Below are positions 47,782-60,510 of a stretch of 64,000 bases of DNA, piece by piece. Under the pieces are notes generated by a model, which was not told the DNA's origin, searched no databases, and saw only the letters and a list, made by a program, of their open reading frames with translations. This DNA is from Microthyrium microscopicum (Eukaryota). A program made the translations under genes and the position numbers. Every line of letters starts with the position of its first letter. Positions within the stretch are counted from its first letter, which is position 1. The stretch covers positions 840,627 through 904,626 of the forward strand of contig MU004230.1 of assembly GCA_010405405.1 (NCBI GenBank), given 5' to 3'.

Positions 47782-48882
47782 ATGAACTTTCCTGCTGTTT
47801 CCACACCACGAACCAGCCAAGCCAAAATCAACACGCTGCTTACAACCCTCCAGCAGCAGATTGCCGCACCAACTGCCTGCTCCATCTGTGGGAGCAACCT
47901 CACCACTGAAACCGCATGTATTTTGCACTGTAAACACTGCTACTGCGTAGAATGCATCACACACTGGGCTGAAGTCGCTGACCATGAACGTAACGGCATT
48001 ACTTGCCCCTACTGCCGCGCCTACTTCAAATCACTATACGGCATCAACACGAATCCCGCCAGACTCTGGCGCCGAACAGTCTACACCGGCGGCGCGGACG
48101 GTGAGACAGACGATGGCCTCAGCCAAGCTGAACGCTATCCACCAGCCGTCCGTCCTCCATCGCCCTCGATACAGATTCCCCCATGGGAACGCGACACGCC
48201 ACTTGACCAATTTGCCGTTCCACCCTCGCCAACTCGTCCATATGCCTATGCAGGTGCAGATCAGTCTATGCCAGAGCTTCATAGGCGATGGTATGAAGAG
48301 CAACTTGCAGCGCGAGCAGAAGGTCGTGCGCCCAGACCAGTTGGACACGCGACCGCTGGAGCGTCAAATGATGCTTTCTCGCCTGCTGGACCATCACGAC
48401 CTCAACCTGTAATTGCTCAATACACCTATCATACGCCTCTGCTAAACCCTGAGCACGCTGGCTTACCACCAACGGCAAATGCTGTCGCTCCCAGTGGTTG
48501 GACGCGTAACTATGGGAGTAACGGAGAACCTCTGCCCGCGGCAAATACTATGGCGACGCCTCCTACAGCTCCGCATATGGCCCAAGGTTTCGCTCCAGGA
48601 ATGGGACATCCATCACCCGCGAATGCTATCAGAGCTCCAGCATATCCGCCACCAATGCAGCAACATATGGGAGCTCCAGCATATATGCGACCGGGACAGC
48701 CACCTGTAGGACTTCCGCCATATCCACAACCAGGACAGCAGTACTACTACACGGGGCAGCCAGTATTTCCACAGCCAGGACAATTTGCTCCGCAACAGCC
48801 TGCACAGCCTGGCTATCAATATGGCGGAAGTTTTACCTACAGAGCCCGTCATAGTGATCCACCTGGACAGCGACGTTTCTGA
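47782..48882 (+). CDS. RING-finger (C3HC4) protein with a Pro/Gln/Tyr-rich low-complexity C-terminus
   Basis: CSIC...LHCKHCYCVECITHW...CPYCR; long P/Q/G/Y-rich tail; ATG at 47782. Confidence 0.8.
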   Translation: MNFPAVSTPRTSQAKINTLLTTLQQQIAAPTACSICGSNLTTETACILHCKHCYCVECITHWAEVADHERNGITCPYCRAYFKSLYGINTNPARLWRRTVYTGGADGETDDGLSQAERYPPAVRPPSPSIQIPPWERDTPLDQFAVPPSPTRPYAYAGADQSMPELHRRWYEEQLAARAEGRAPRPVGHATAGASNDAFSPAGPSRPQPVIAQYTYHTPLLNPEHAGLPPTANAVAPSGWTRNYGSNGEPLPAANTMATPPTAPHMAQGFAPGMGHPSPANAIRAPAYPPPMQQHMGAPAYMRPGQPPVGLPPYPQPGQQYYYTGQPVFPQPGQFAPQQPAQPGYQYGGSFTYRARHSDPPGQRRF

Positions 48883-49354
48883 TTGCTTGCGTTTCGCCCC
48901 TTTTTGGGACAGGCTTGAATCGCATGTTTGAATTTAGCTGGCGATGAGACTGATGGTAAATGGATTAGGTAACTATTCCTAATTATGCGATCATGCTGAT
49001 AATACCAGAGAATGATGCAGGCTGATCCCCAGTAACTCAACTTACCTAGTCATAGCTCTAGTTCTTGCTTTGTAATGAAGTCGGTAGTAACCGAGATATA
49101 ATTGGATTGCAGGTAAGTGGCAACTAGATTTCCCTAGTAGCATCTAAAGATGTGATGATTCAAGTTGGGATGCAAGTCAATCGCAAGATCTCATTGTTTC
49201 GATGACAGTGAAAACCATAAGACCTTCCAGTGTGATATACTGGCAGCAGTGTAGTACCTTGAAATTGAATTCATGCGACACCATGATTAGTCAAAACTGG
49301 CACGCTGCCATATCATATAATCTTTATACTAATTCACTATTGGGGTATCTGAAA

Positions 49355-50994
49355 CTATTTTTCGTCATTTTTCTTCCCTTTTGCCTGTTTTGCCTTCTCC
49401 TGCGCAATTGCCTTTCCTTTTTTGCGCTTCTCGCCTACATATTTCCACCCACGGCTCCAGCCTGCCGTGGCAAAGCCTTTTATGGACTGACTCCAGCTGG
49501 GCCACTTGACAGTGTGCTGAATCGAGGAGATAACCGCATCTTTGACACCCTCTTCCTCTCCGGCGATCCGTCGGTCAAAGTCGCCACCTTCTCTCTTCTT
49601 GAAGCCTTTCTCATCCTCATCGCGACTCTCTTCCATCATGCGTGCAAAGTCAGCGCCGGGAATCTGCCACTTCTTGCGATACTCCATGTAAAGCTTTGCA
49701 CGGAACGCAGCAGGCAGTCGACGTACCATGTTGCCGCGCTTGATCGGATCCATGTCCTGCTCCATACCACAATCACATCGTGGATCATGCAGCCAATCGC
49801 GACTCTTGCAGCGCACATCTTTGTACTCGACATTCGGCAGCTCCCCAACCAGCGGCGAGTAGAGCTGGCGGAAGTTTGGTAGCTGATTGGTGACGATATT
49901 GCGTATCTTGTTCGGGTCTTCGCCGCGGAACTCCATGCGTGGGTCGCCCATGTAGCTGATGCTAGCAATTTTAGTGTACAATTCAAGCTCAGTGAAGCGT
50001 GGGCCGAGCATGAGGAGTGCAGTGCGTAGGGCGGATATGAGGTTGAGTTGGTTGGCAAGGCGGACTGTTGGGTCGTCGCGCAGGATCTTAACGGGTTTGT
50101 GTAATCGCCCGGCGAGGTAGAGTGTGTCCCAGGTGCTGAGATCTCGGCGCAGGGTGTCGAGATTGACGACGCCGTACTTTATCATGGTACCATTGATGGT
50201 TATGTAAGGATTGAAGTAGACGCCTGCGCCCCAGTTGTCCTGGACTCTACTGACGACTCCGGATCCCATGTGTCGTAGGAAGGAGTAGTGTTCCGGGTAT
50301 TGTTGAATATTCAGAGAGTGCCAGTGCTGTGTATGGCTCACTCCGAATATAAAATCAATAACCTTTCCGCCTCCGGTCTGCCATTTCGTGATAGCTTCCG
50401 GTGCATGCGGATGTGGTGTTAAGCTTGAAGGTGTTGGTCCCGACGATCCAGATTGGGAAAAGACTCCAGAGCCATATGCGAACGCATACCTAATTGGGGC
50501 ACGAAACTGCCATAACATTTGTCTCAGCGATTCCTTGAACTCTTCGTTGATTTTCATATGCTGATTATATCCAAACTCTTTATGCGGTAGTTGCGTAAAT
50601 TTCGTGATGCTCCAGTCCGGGTCGTCTTCCCATCCCGATGGAAGCGACTGGTTGAATGACTCTGAACTTTTGAAGCTCGTCGAGCTTTGTATAGATGCAC
50701 TGGAGCTGCTACTCGCAGTGGAAGCCTTGGAAGCAGCTTTTTGAGACTCGAGTTCTGCTTCATCGTGCGTAATTCGTTTCTCCTTAAAGTCCTCCGGCGA
50801 GGATCCGCTTGCGAAAGTTCGACGGAATAGAGGTTGGGAGCCACGGTACCAGGCAATATGCGATAGAAGGATAGTATGGCTAGAAGTTACAGAGTAAAAC
50901 ACCCTCGGATTCTATCAATTGGTGTTAGTTTGTATAAGCTTGCAACAATGGTAGGAGCTCCATTTACCACGAAGCGGACCGCGGCCATGGCCAT
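49355..50994 (-). CDS. TAM41: Mitochondrial phosphatidate cytidylyltransferase; probable short 5' intron ~50912-50967
   Basis: APIRYAFAYGSGVFSQ, IDFIFGV...WHSLN, GAGVYFNPY, IKYGVV, WDTLYLAGRLHKPV, ISYMGDPRM...EDPNKIRNIV, SQSIKG. Confidence 0.95.
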
Positions 50995-51513
50995 CACCAA
51001 TACGCTTCAAGCGCAGACCCAATGCTTGAGGACTAGAAGTGATCAGAAACGTTGGATTTGAAAAGAATCATATTGGCACAGCTGGCACTGAATTCCAAAG
51101 CTTTTTTCATCTAATGTTAATCACACAACACATAAACAAGCACTGATCAAGGGAGAGCCACGTGATATGATTAGATCTTGATGTCGGCCAAATATCGGAA
51201 CCAAATCCACGCAAATTCTAGTTGACAGGCGGCAAAATAAGCACATTTCACAATAGCGCGCTTATTCCGACGCCAGAAGCTCAACGCCAAGGTTTATGGT
51301 CCAAGCTCCTGGTAGCAACGACCTCTACTTCAATTTGTAAACACTGGTCGCGCTCATAACTCTTGCTTCTAACAACCATCATCACTCTATTGCTCTACAC
51401 TTTTTGGTTCATCACCACTTCCAAATTAGGAAGCAGATACGCGCTCTAACTCCTCCTCATTCTAGCCATTACCCAGATCTACAACTATAGTAAGGAATAG
51501 AAACCCTGGGGCA

Positions 51514-53685
51514 ATGCCTCCCGAGAATGCCCACATGTCGTCTGGGCGCCTGGCCACCTTCATGGTGGGCCAGGGCCCAAAACGTCGAGCCTCGTCAGCG
51601 AAAAAGCGCGGCGGCGCTGCCCTCCTACGCTGGCCGCACGCCAAACCAAGCCCAGAAGAGCTTGCCAAATCAGGGTTCTATTACGTTCCCAGCGCCTCAA
51701 GTCCCGACAACTGCCAATGCTTTGCCTGCGGAGTCATGCTCGATGGTTGGGAACCGGAGGACATACCGGCATTAGAGCATCATGCCCATAGGACCGAATG
51801 CGCTTGGGCGCTCCAGTGCTATATCAAACATAAATTCGACATTGACGAACCCATTGACGAAGACCCAATGTCCGAAGAATATGTCAAAGGACGCGAAGCT
51901 ACCTTCGAAGGATGGCCTCACGAAGGCAAAAGAGGTTGGAAGTGCAAGGTCGCGAAGGTTTGTCGCGTTTTTTGTTCTCCAGGCGGGCGCTAATACATCT
52001 TAGATGGTTGAGGCCGGTTGGTTCTTCGACCCAAGTCCATCAATGGAGGATGGCGTTACCTGCGCATACTGCCAAACAGAAATTGGTGGATGGGAGCGCA
52101 AAGATGATCCTATGTAAGTCTCCTGGCATCTCTTCTCAACAAGTACTCAATCCTTTTCAGTGAGGAACATAAAAAGCGATCAGATTGCGCGTTCTTTGAA
52201 CTCGTTGATCGTTACGCTTCAACCCGTCCCCCAAAAGCTAAGCGAGCCCGAACTTCTAAGGCCTCAAGAGCTTCCTCTCAATCAAACACATCGATGATGT
52301 CCATGCCCGCGCTTGATGCGACTATTCTCACCGAGCCTGATGATGACACGGTGCTCACCACAGCTTCAAAGTCCTCAAAAGGTCGTAAAAAGGCCGTGGG
52401 CGCCAAAGCCACCAAGGGACGGTCCAAAAAATCAGTGATCTTGGACGAAGAACGCTTTGTGGATGCAACTGAGCCTCTCATTGCTGATGTGAAACCTGTT
52501 CGACAAACACGACGCCAAGCAAGCAGACAAGCTTCTGCACAGATCGACACGTCCAACTCAGACATCCAGCCGAAAGCCACACGCGGTAAGGCCGCAAAAG
52601 CTGCGGCGAGAGTCATCTCCATTGCTGAGGATCCCTCATCTCCACCTGCAAGAGGCACCAAACGCATGAGCGACGGCTCTGAAAAAGACGACTCTGCTGC
52701 TTCTAATGATACTGTCATAAGATCGCAGCCTAAAACCCAAAAACAAGGCACTAAACGCACATCCAATGGCAAAGCTAAAACTTCCGAGCTCTATTCTTCC
52801 ATCATTATACTTGATGAGGCTCCGGCAATATTCGAAGATACCACCAGTCCTATGCCTGCAAAGCGGGCTAAAAGGGCAGTTTCCCGCCAGCCATCGCGTC
52901 AGCCATCGAGACAGCCTCTCCAAGAGATCGCACCAGAAGCCCCTCCAGCCAGTATAGATGAGTTTAAGATGTTCTCTAACAGCGATTTCGACCAGGCTAT
53001 ATCCGGCACACCAGAGCAAGCTACACCTGTGCCATCTCAGGATGGCGAGGAGTCCGATCCACCCACACCAACGCCAGTCCACAAATCAATCTCTATGCCA
53101 AAGCGAAAGAGTGGGCGGACTACTGCTGCAACACCTCGTGCCACGATCGGAACTCCAGCGAAGGCGCAATCTGCACAACGCATGGCTACGCCGTCAATTT
53201 CTCCACAGGCATCAGACGCCGAAAATCAACCTCCCTCCAGCCGCCCGAATATCCGCGGCCTCCAACTCAACCCCATCTCGCCTATGCGCCTGCCATTGCA
53301 AAGCACACCAAAAACATCTCCATCCAAAAACATCGTCTCTCGCCTTCGCACCGAGTTCCCTTGGTCACCTGCCGATCTAGATCTGGTATTCGCTGAGCTT
53401 TCTCCCTCCAAGCGCGCTGAGCCAGATAAGGAGAACATCGTCCCAGTTCATCCCAGCGCAGATATGAACAATCTCGACAAGAAAGGTCTCCATGACACAG
53501 TCGCAGCCGTTCGTCAGCACATGACCACCGAAGAACGCAATATGACCGTGGAGCAATGGATTCGCCATATCGCGCGCAAGAACGAGGCTTCGCTTAAAGC
53601 GCAATGTGAGGCACGTGTGACCATGTTTGAGCGACAGGCTGCGCGCGCTATGCGAGCACTGGAGGGGATTGAAGTCCAACGCTAA
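51514..53685 (+). CDS. BIR1: Bir1/survivin-like chromosomal passenger protein (2 BIR domains); introns 51958-52003, 52114-52160
   Basis: RLATF...WPH...LAKSGFYY...CFACGVMLDGWEPEDIPALEH...C; second BIR REATF..WPH...MVEAGW..CAYC...GWERKDDP; C-terminal MTVEQWIR...FERQAARAMRALEGI. Confidence 0.93.
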
Positions 53686-53957
53686 GCGCTGAACACTGTC
53701 ATGCCACGATGATCATAACGGTCGACACTTTCACTGAGGAAGCAGAACGGGTTGGGTTATCATTATAAGCGTTTTAGCGTGTGTTTTCTGTTCTTGTTGC
53801 TGTTTCTTGTTCTGTTGTTTCTCGTTTTGCTCTAGTTTCTGTTTTATTGTTCTGCTCTTTTAATGTTTGCTTGGGCCTGGGTTCATGTTGCATCGGATTG
53901 GTCTTTTGGGTTGACGATCTGCTTTGGGCCTTGTCTACCGCCATGATGATCATCGTC

Positions 53958-54107
53958 AAGTCGCGCAGCTCCTACTCCGGTAGTGAGATCCTTCTTGGCG
54001 ATACATCGAGTCGTGCAGCTCCTGCTTCGGTAGTGAGATCCTGCTTGGTGATACCACAAGTTCTGCAGCTCCTACACTCGTAGTTGAGATCGTTTTTGGT
54101 GGTGTCC
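53958..54107. repeat. Three degenerate tandem copies of a 50-bp unit
   Basis: RAGTYNYGCAGCTCCTRC..GTAGT(T)GAGATC..YTTGG starting at 53958, 54008 and 54058. Confidence 0.85.
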
Positions 54108-54829
54108 TTCAATGGTCATGAAGCCAAGGCACCGAGTACTTTGGTAGGGGTCACACTCTGTTATTATAGGCTTTCTGTGTCCTGGGTCCTGCCGGTATTG
54201 ACTGGCTTTTAATGAAATATGTTTCGTAATCCTCATGTTCCAATGGAGTTTGTTCACGATTCATATCAACTAGCAGGCTTGAACAGGTCTTGAGGAACGA
54301 GCATGAACTCGTCAATGTAAGTTTCACTCCTGCGGTTTTCGCATCCAATACTGGCGACAAATAGTTAAACTATGCGTAAGAAGAGAGTGCACTGTCGACG
54401 TTGCTAGGCTCTGCCTACCATACAGGTAGTAGTGCTTATGGGTAGGTTTCCAAGAGATAGTGGCTACCATTGTAGCCCATGAACAGCGTGTAGTAAAATC
54501 ATCCATTGGGTAGCATTCACGTCGCCTCCCAATGCATTCAATCCGCCCTTTTGCAGCTTGTTCATCTCGAATCGCTAGTTCCAGTCGACTACGACAGCTT
54601 CCGACAAACACGAGAATGGGCGATAGACTCTATGGTATAGTATATTGATGGAGTATAGACAGTGGCCTTCACCGCCAATCCTGTAGTGCTTACAGTTCCC
54701 TGAGCATTCTTCGCTTCTCTCTGAAGGGCGATATGTCAGCACCCTTCCTCGCCAAAGACAACCAGGTCTTCCTCTTCTCTTCCTCGTACACTTCCATCTC
54801 CTTTTTCTCTAACCTCACTTTGTTCTCAT

Positions 54830-54872
54830 CCATTACCATCCATTACCATTTCATTACCATTCATTACCATTC
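54830..54872. repeat. Four copies of a ~10-bp unit CATTACCAT(C/T)
   Basis: ccattaccatccattaccatttcattaccattcattaccatt. Confidence 0.85.
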
Positions 54873-55624
54873 TTCTTGATACATTCTTGAATTTTTCATC
54901 ATCATCATTATCTGTAAGTCATCCTATCTCCGCACCTTCTGGCTCATCAATTTTCTTCATTCGACCTTTGGCCATCTTTCCCATACCGCAAAGTCAAGCC
55001 TCAACTCGGCATGGATGAACAGACATATTGTCATTGACTCTCCCCATCAAGACATACATGCCTTGCTCATCCTCTTCTTGGTTCCAGAATCGACCGGTGT
55101 TCAGCCGTCGCGACTTCAACTTGATCGTTCCTTAATTTTGAATCTAGTCAAAATCCCTCAGAAGTTTTTGCTCTCAAACTAGCACAAGCCACAGATATAC
55201 ATTAAGCCCATCACCTTTCCATCACGACTGCTTAATCTGTCAACTTCGCGCCTCAGCCTTCTCCACTACACAAACTTCCCCAACGACATTCTTACGCGAC
55301 GGTCTAAATATACTGATAGCGGATGACGACGCTACAGAGCTTTAACGTACAACCAACCCACCATGTCCAACAATAAGACCAAGAGACTGAGACGAGGTCG
55401 CAGACCAAAGAAACGCAAAATTTCTCACCAAACCTGTCCCAACACTTATACTTCCCCGCCCGATGCATGCTTATGCAGCCCTCTGGGCATGCTGAGAGAT
55501 GGTAACTACGATCCAAAGAATGCTGCTGCTGGCTGTGTGCTGAAAGATGCAGTCTTGGACTCTTGGCAGTCGAAGAGCATGTTGCATCCAGTAGGCTCAT
55601 GACGGGGTTGCAAATCAGGCAGTC

Positions 55625-56540
55625 CTTGGGGTCTTGGGGCTATCACATCAACCCACCGCTGATTTACCTCCTTCTCTTTTTCACATCACTTCTCCAGGAG
55701 AAGTCCAAAATCAGCATGGGAGACTTGCCGCTTTCTGCGGCTGATTTGGAGCTACTCCAAGAGGCCATTCATTACGATGACTTGCGCCTGTGGCCTGCAT
55801 CTTGAGGGAGAAACTTGGATTCGCCAGGCTCTATGATGAGGTTGCCAAATCACACTTCTTGGAATCCAAGGGGTACAACATTAATCCACCGCTCATTTAC
55901 CTCTATCTTCTCTTCATACCATCTTCTCTTCATAACACTCCCTAAGCTGGTCTGGAGGGTCCGAATTTAAAATGGACCTTCACGCACTGTCTGCTGCGGA
56001 GGTGGAATTGCTTAATTTGGCAATCTCCTGCAAAGACGTGGCCCCGCCTGTTGAGGGCAAAACGCGGAGTGAAGATCTCCTCGCCTGCTACCACGCTGCT
56101 GTTACCAACAGCAGTGCTCCATTCCAGGCCAGCCCTTCAGTCGTCGACTGCCTCTGTGCGATGGCACGGCAGAGGGAGGAAGGCCAGACGGTATCAGAGG
56201 TGTTCCTGGCCTCATAAGATGATGCAGTTACCAACAGCAGTAACCCACTCCAGGTCAGCCCCAATGTCGTTGTCTGAATTCGTGAGATGGCCACCATAGA
56301 GGGAGGAAAGCCAGACGACCTCAGATGTGTTCAGTCACCTTTGGGGAAGTCATAACCGACCGTCTGGTCTGCAGCTGGAAGAAGAAGGGTCATGTCGAGA
56401 CGAGCTGCTGGAAACTCCAACATACAATGCAGCATGGAACAGGGCGAAACCTGGCTGTGCCGACTGCTACGACGAGGCCATTGCCGAGAACATAATGGGC
56501 GTATTTCAAACTGCGTGGAACATTACAGAAGTTGGCCTCG
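55625..56540 (+). pseudogene. Decayed, internally duplicated protein gene
   Basis: Duplicated leader plus start (MGDLPLSAADLELLQEAI at 55716; MDLHALSAAEVELLNLAI at 55972); 126-bp in-frame duplication (56101/56227) with stops and a frameshift in copy 2. Confidence 0.45.
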
Positions 56541-57020
56541 ATGCACGAGAATTCATCATTAATCTCCAGAACCCCTTTGCAAGCTGGACAGAATACACAA
56601 GTCTCGCATGTCTTCGCCTTTCTCATCAACCATCTTCCTTGTCAACCATCTTCCTCATCAATCATCCTCAGGACCCATGGCAAACTGGGCAGAATACACA
56701 AGTCCTGAGTCTCTTCGTCTTCCTTATCAACCATCCGGTCAAATTCAGGCCTTGATGCACGAGACTTCGTCATTAATCCTCAGAACCCCTGGCAAGCCAG
56801 AATACGCAAGTCTGTGGTGTTTTTGTCTTTCTTATCAACCATCTGGTTAAATCCGCTACTCAACAAATGGTCGCCGCGTCAACGCAAACGCATTACAACG
56901 CAGTCGACTACTACGGTGTCTTCGTCCTTCTCATACATCACTTAATCAAATCCACTATCAAACAGATGGTCGCACCGTCAACGCAAACGCATTACAACGC
57001 AGTCAACTACTACAGTGTCA
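56540..57020. repeat. Degenerate tandem array of about five ~100-bp units
   Basis: Recurring CAGAATACRCAAGTC...TCTT..TCATCAACCATC (three times) and ATGGTCGC..CGTCAACGCAAACGCATTACAACGCAGTCRACTACTACRGTGTC (twice, ~56867 and ~56966). Confidence 0.8.
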
Positions 57021-60000
57021 TCATTTCCTGGATAGTATCTAGACCATCACCGTTTTGGCCTGAATTTCTCGGGAGGATCACATATACTCACCTGTTGAAC
57101 CCCATTGCGCATTCCCCTTAGTTTAGTTTACGCCATAACAACGCCATCAAAACGTCTGACAAATACTTTACAACCTCAGGTGTTTGCTTTACTTTCCTTC
57201 CTAACGTTCAGTCATAGAATAGGTCAAAGCGCGCTATGGGCTATTAATCGTGGGAACGCAAAGGCTGCCTCATTTGTTATTAGCCTATGCATAAGATCAC
57301 TAAACTCAACTCTAAGCTCAGGATTGATATGAAACTCTCAGAGCGAGCTTGCGAGCGTGAGAGTCACGAGCGATAGGGAGTCACGAATAAAGAGAGAGGT
57401 ATTGAAGCTATTTGATGACATGAAGGTGTAAACAATCTGTTCGACTTAGCGTTAAGGGGGCCAGGGCCGTTATCTTGAGCCACTTGAGCGCAACACTTGG
57501 TCTGGTCTATATTACCCTACCATGGCTATGCGGATGTGACATGGCCTTGGACGGCTCAGCCATTCGGCGGATTAGAGCGGGTATGGTTACAGGGGCTTGG
57601 AGATGTGGAGTGTAAACTTCATAGCCAAGACGTTTATGAATACTTCGTATTGGGTTGGGAAATTGTTCCTGGGATGAAGGGAGAGTATTTCGAGTAAACG
57701 CTTAGCTCAGAGTACAGAGACGAGAAGCATTAGACGTGAAATTAGTTCCAGCAATGGTAGCCAAAACTAGAGCCAACTCGCTACATTACTCTACTGATGA
57801 GCTATCGCTAGAAGTCAACATAAGAAAAACTTCTTGAGACGCTACATTGTGTTTACATAGTTAGACTTGGTCCCACGATTCACTTTCGCTTAGAATTTGT
57901 TTCGATCACCACGTGGAAAAACTTGAAACTTTCCAGAAAATTTGTGCGTCGATCGTACATGTTGCAGAATACGATCTTGGTGATCATGCAAGATGTTGAG
58001 CAAAAATCCGATTGCGGCTGTACACAACTGACTCGTTGTTTTTCGAATGTGCTTCCAGGTTCATAGAATATGCTTCCAAGTCCTTAGGATGAAAACATGT
58101 TGAAAGTTCTTTCAACTGACCTCAAGGGTAACTTTCCAGCAAAAGAGATGCAGATTGAGTCTAGCGATATACAAGCGTCCATGTTCAACTCCTGTGCGGT
58201 GAGAATTTTGGATGTATCCAAAGTCTCACTCCTGGTTGTCCTAAAACGATTGTACCACAATTTCTTGGAGAAGGCTTACAAGGCTGGGACTGATTCATGC
58301 AGTTGGCGGTAAAAACGTGACCGCGTTCTAGACCAAAGATTCAAAAAGTGGTGCCGAAATACTGCTGCAGAATTTTTAAGGCTGGTTGCTTGCACAGCTC
58401 TAGATCGCTGGAGAAATATATTATCGATAAATATTCAAACGTTGGAGAGAAAGGGAGAGATTAAAATATAGCTTCCCATGATCATTATTCTGAGAGGTCC
58501 TACCATGCGAGTTTTCTCCTCGATATCCTAAATTACAATCATTCAAACATAATATCCAGGAACCAGGAGTGGCCAGTAAGGCGCAGGAAGTGCTTAGACC
58601 AACCGTTTGCACTCGTTTGCGAGTAGTACTCTAAGATTGAACCGAAGATCAATTGCTCGTCAAAATCTAGCGAAAGAATAAGAATGTTTAACCGTGCTTA
58701 GCGAAAGCAATAATGAGCGGCTGGTCTTCGTGTTTACCGTATTTGCAACTTCTTCATTACGACGCGGCATATGAGTAGCGAGATGAGATATCACTCTTTT
58801 GGCAGGTAGATATGAGATGAAAGATTTACACCCTTAAGGCTGCTTTCAGCGCTGATGAAGATTGAAAAGTCAAAGAAAAAAGTTATCACTCTCGCGTGAG
58901 CCGTTGGTCGGCTCCTCTTGGATGGCTCAGCCTTGCGATGCAGCTAATAGGGCCGATAACCAATGAGAAGGCGTCAACCAGAGTCTCATCTCCCGAAAGT
59001 GGCGGCCAGGACGCGGTTGTGACCGCAAAAGTAACGGTCCCAGACTCCAGAGAGCGGGCAATGATGAAAGGTCGTTTGGCTGGTGGATTTGCTTTTGTTC
59101 GTCTAATCTCATGAAGTAGATCTTTTGGGTGAGGTTTCAGTGCGGGGAGATTTGATGACAGCGAGATGTAAGTAAGCAGACCACTCAGTGATGAGAAATT
59201 ATGTCGCGTTCTGGACGCGTTCCTCATTGGGAAAACCAAATTGATGAAGTTAGTGCATAATACTAGAGCATAAGCCGTGTTCGGCAATTGAAAGTCAAGC
59301 AACAGAGGCTTAAGCATTGAGCAAGGCGTTGAAAGTGCGACAAAGCCATGGCAGAGACTCGAGAGAGGATTTGGAAAGCATGAAAAGGGGTGATACAGAC
59401 TCAATCACAAAGCTGGAAGCTGCAAGCACAAAAGCACAGCAGGGGAAATACAACAGCTTGTGCTCACTGGGCAAGTGGATTTGATGTCAATTGTCAGATG
59501 AGCCACCTGTTTCTTTTGTTTCTTTTGTTTCTTTTGAGGCTTTGACGCTTTGACGCTTTAAGGGGGATACGGTACAGTACAAGTACAGTGTAAAATCTGG
59601 TGATTGTGATTGTGTTTCATATCAACAGCCAAACAGCCATATCCAAAGTTCAAACAGCCATGGCCCATCAGAACATTTGCACCGGGACTCGGGAGTCTGA
59701 GCGGAGTTCATTCTGGCACCCTGGGGCCTGGGGGACCCTGACTCCCTGTACTGAGCGCGCCAATCTCTCAGAATGTAGTGGGCTGCTCTGAGCCTCTGTG
59801 ACAGCGTAAGATGCCTTTGGATTTTGGTGGGAGTTGTAGAGCAAAGAACTGTTGGCTCTCAGACCAATGCGCGGAAGGAGCCACTAGGATGCAGCATGCT
59901 AGGCAGGGATCCAGGGCTTTTCAGGGATACAGCACCCTGTTGAGCGCCACTAACTGCAGCCCGGGTGCACGTTTCACGGGGATTCTTTCCTTTCTAGCCA

Positions 60001-60510
60001 ATGGCGACTGGGCTGTACCTTCCTCCCTCCAAAATTGATAGCAGCCGCAAAGCAGCCGTGCGTGACTGCCAATCTTGCAATCGACTCCCACAGACTCACA
60101 GAGTGCACAGTTGCACCTTCCTTCAAGCTCAAGGCGTTCGGCGTTGGCAGACTTGTGGACTGGCCAGTGGCAGTTGCGACTTTGGCTTGATCTCACAGTC
60201 TCACGGTCTCACTTGGGAAGTTGAGACTCTACTACTCCATACTCCACCTTGACTCTCGCTTCTTCTCTCTCGCTTCTTCATCTAACGACCCATACTCTAC
60301 TTCTTCACCCTTCATTCTCGGCGCTGGTTGCTCTTTGCTATCTATCCGCTTTGCTTGCATCGCCGGTATTCCTCTTCTCACTTGCCCATCTCTCTGAGCT
60401 GTGCCGCCCACATTCCTTATATTCTTTAATGCTTCTCGCCTGCTCCAAGGTTTGATAGCTCCTGAGTCCATTTACCTTGTCTCATCCATTCTCTTTGTTC
60501 TGCTTTCAAG

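Noticed and set aside
49202..49882. 226-aa + strand ORF (likewise 39875-40414, 52278-52772, 12787-13401)
   Set aside because: Antisense or alternate-frame shadows of TAM41, the permease, BIR1 and ETP1.
53958..57020. CRISPR-like array
   Set aside because: Eukaryotic DNA; repeats are degenerate tandem duplications without unique spacers or cas genes.
57300..60400. Coding or mobile element in the 3-kb gap (e.g. ORF 58886-59404)
   Set aside because: Non-ATG ORFs without motifs; only short simple repeats (GTTTCTTTT x3, GCTTTGAC); probably the long promoter of the gene at 60511.
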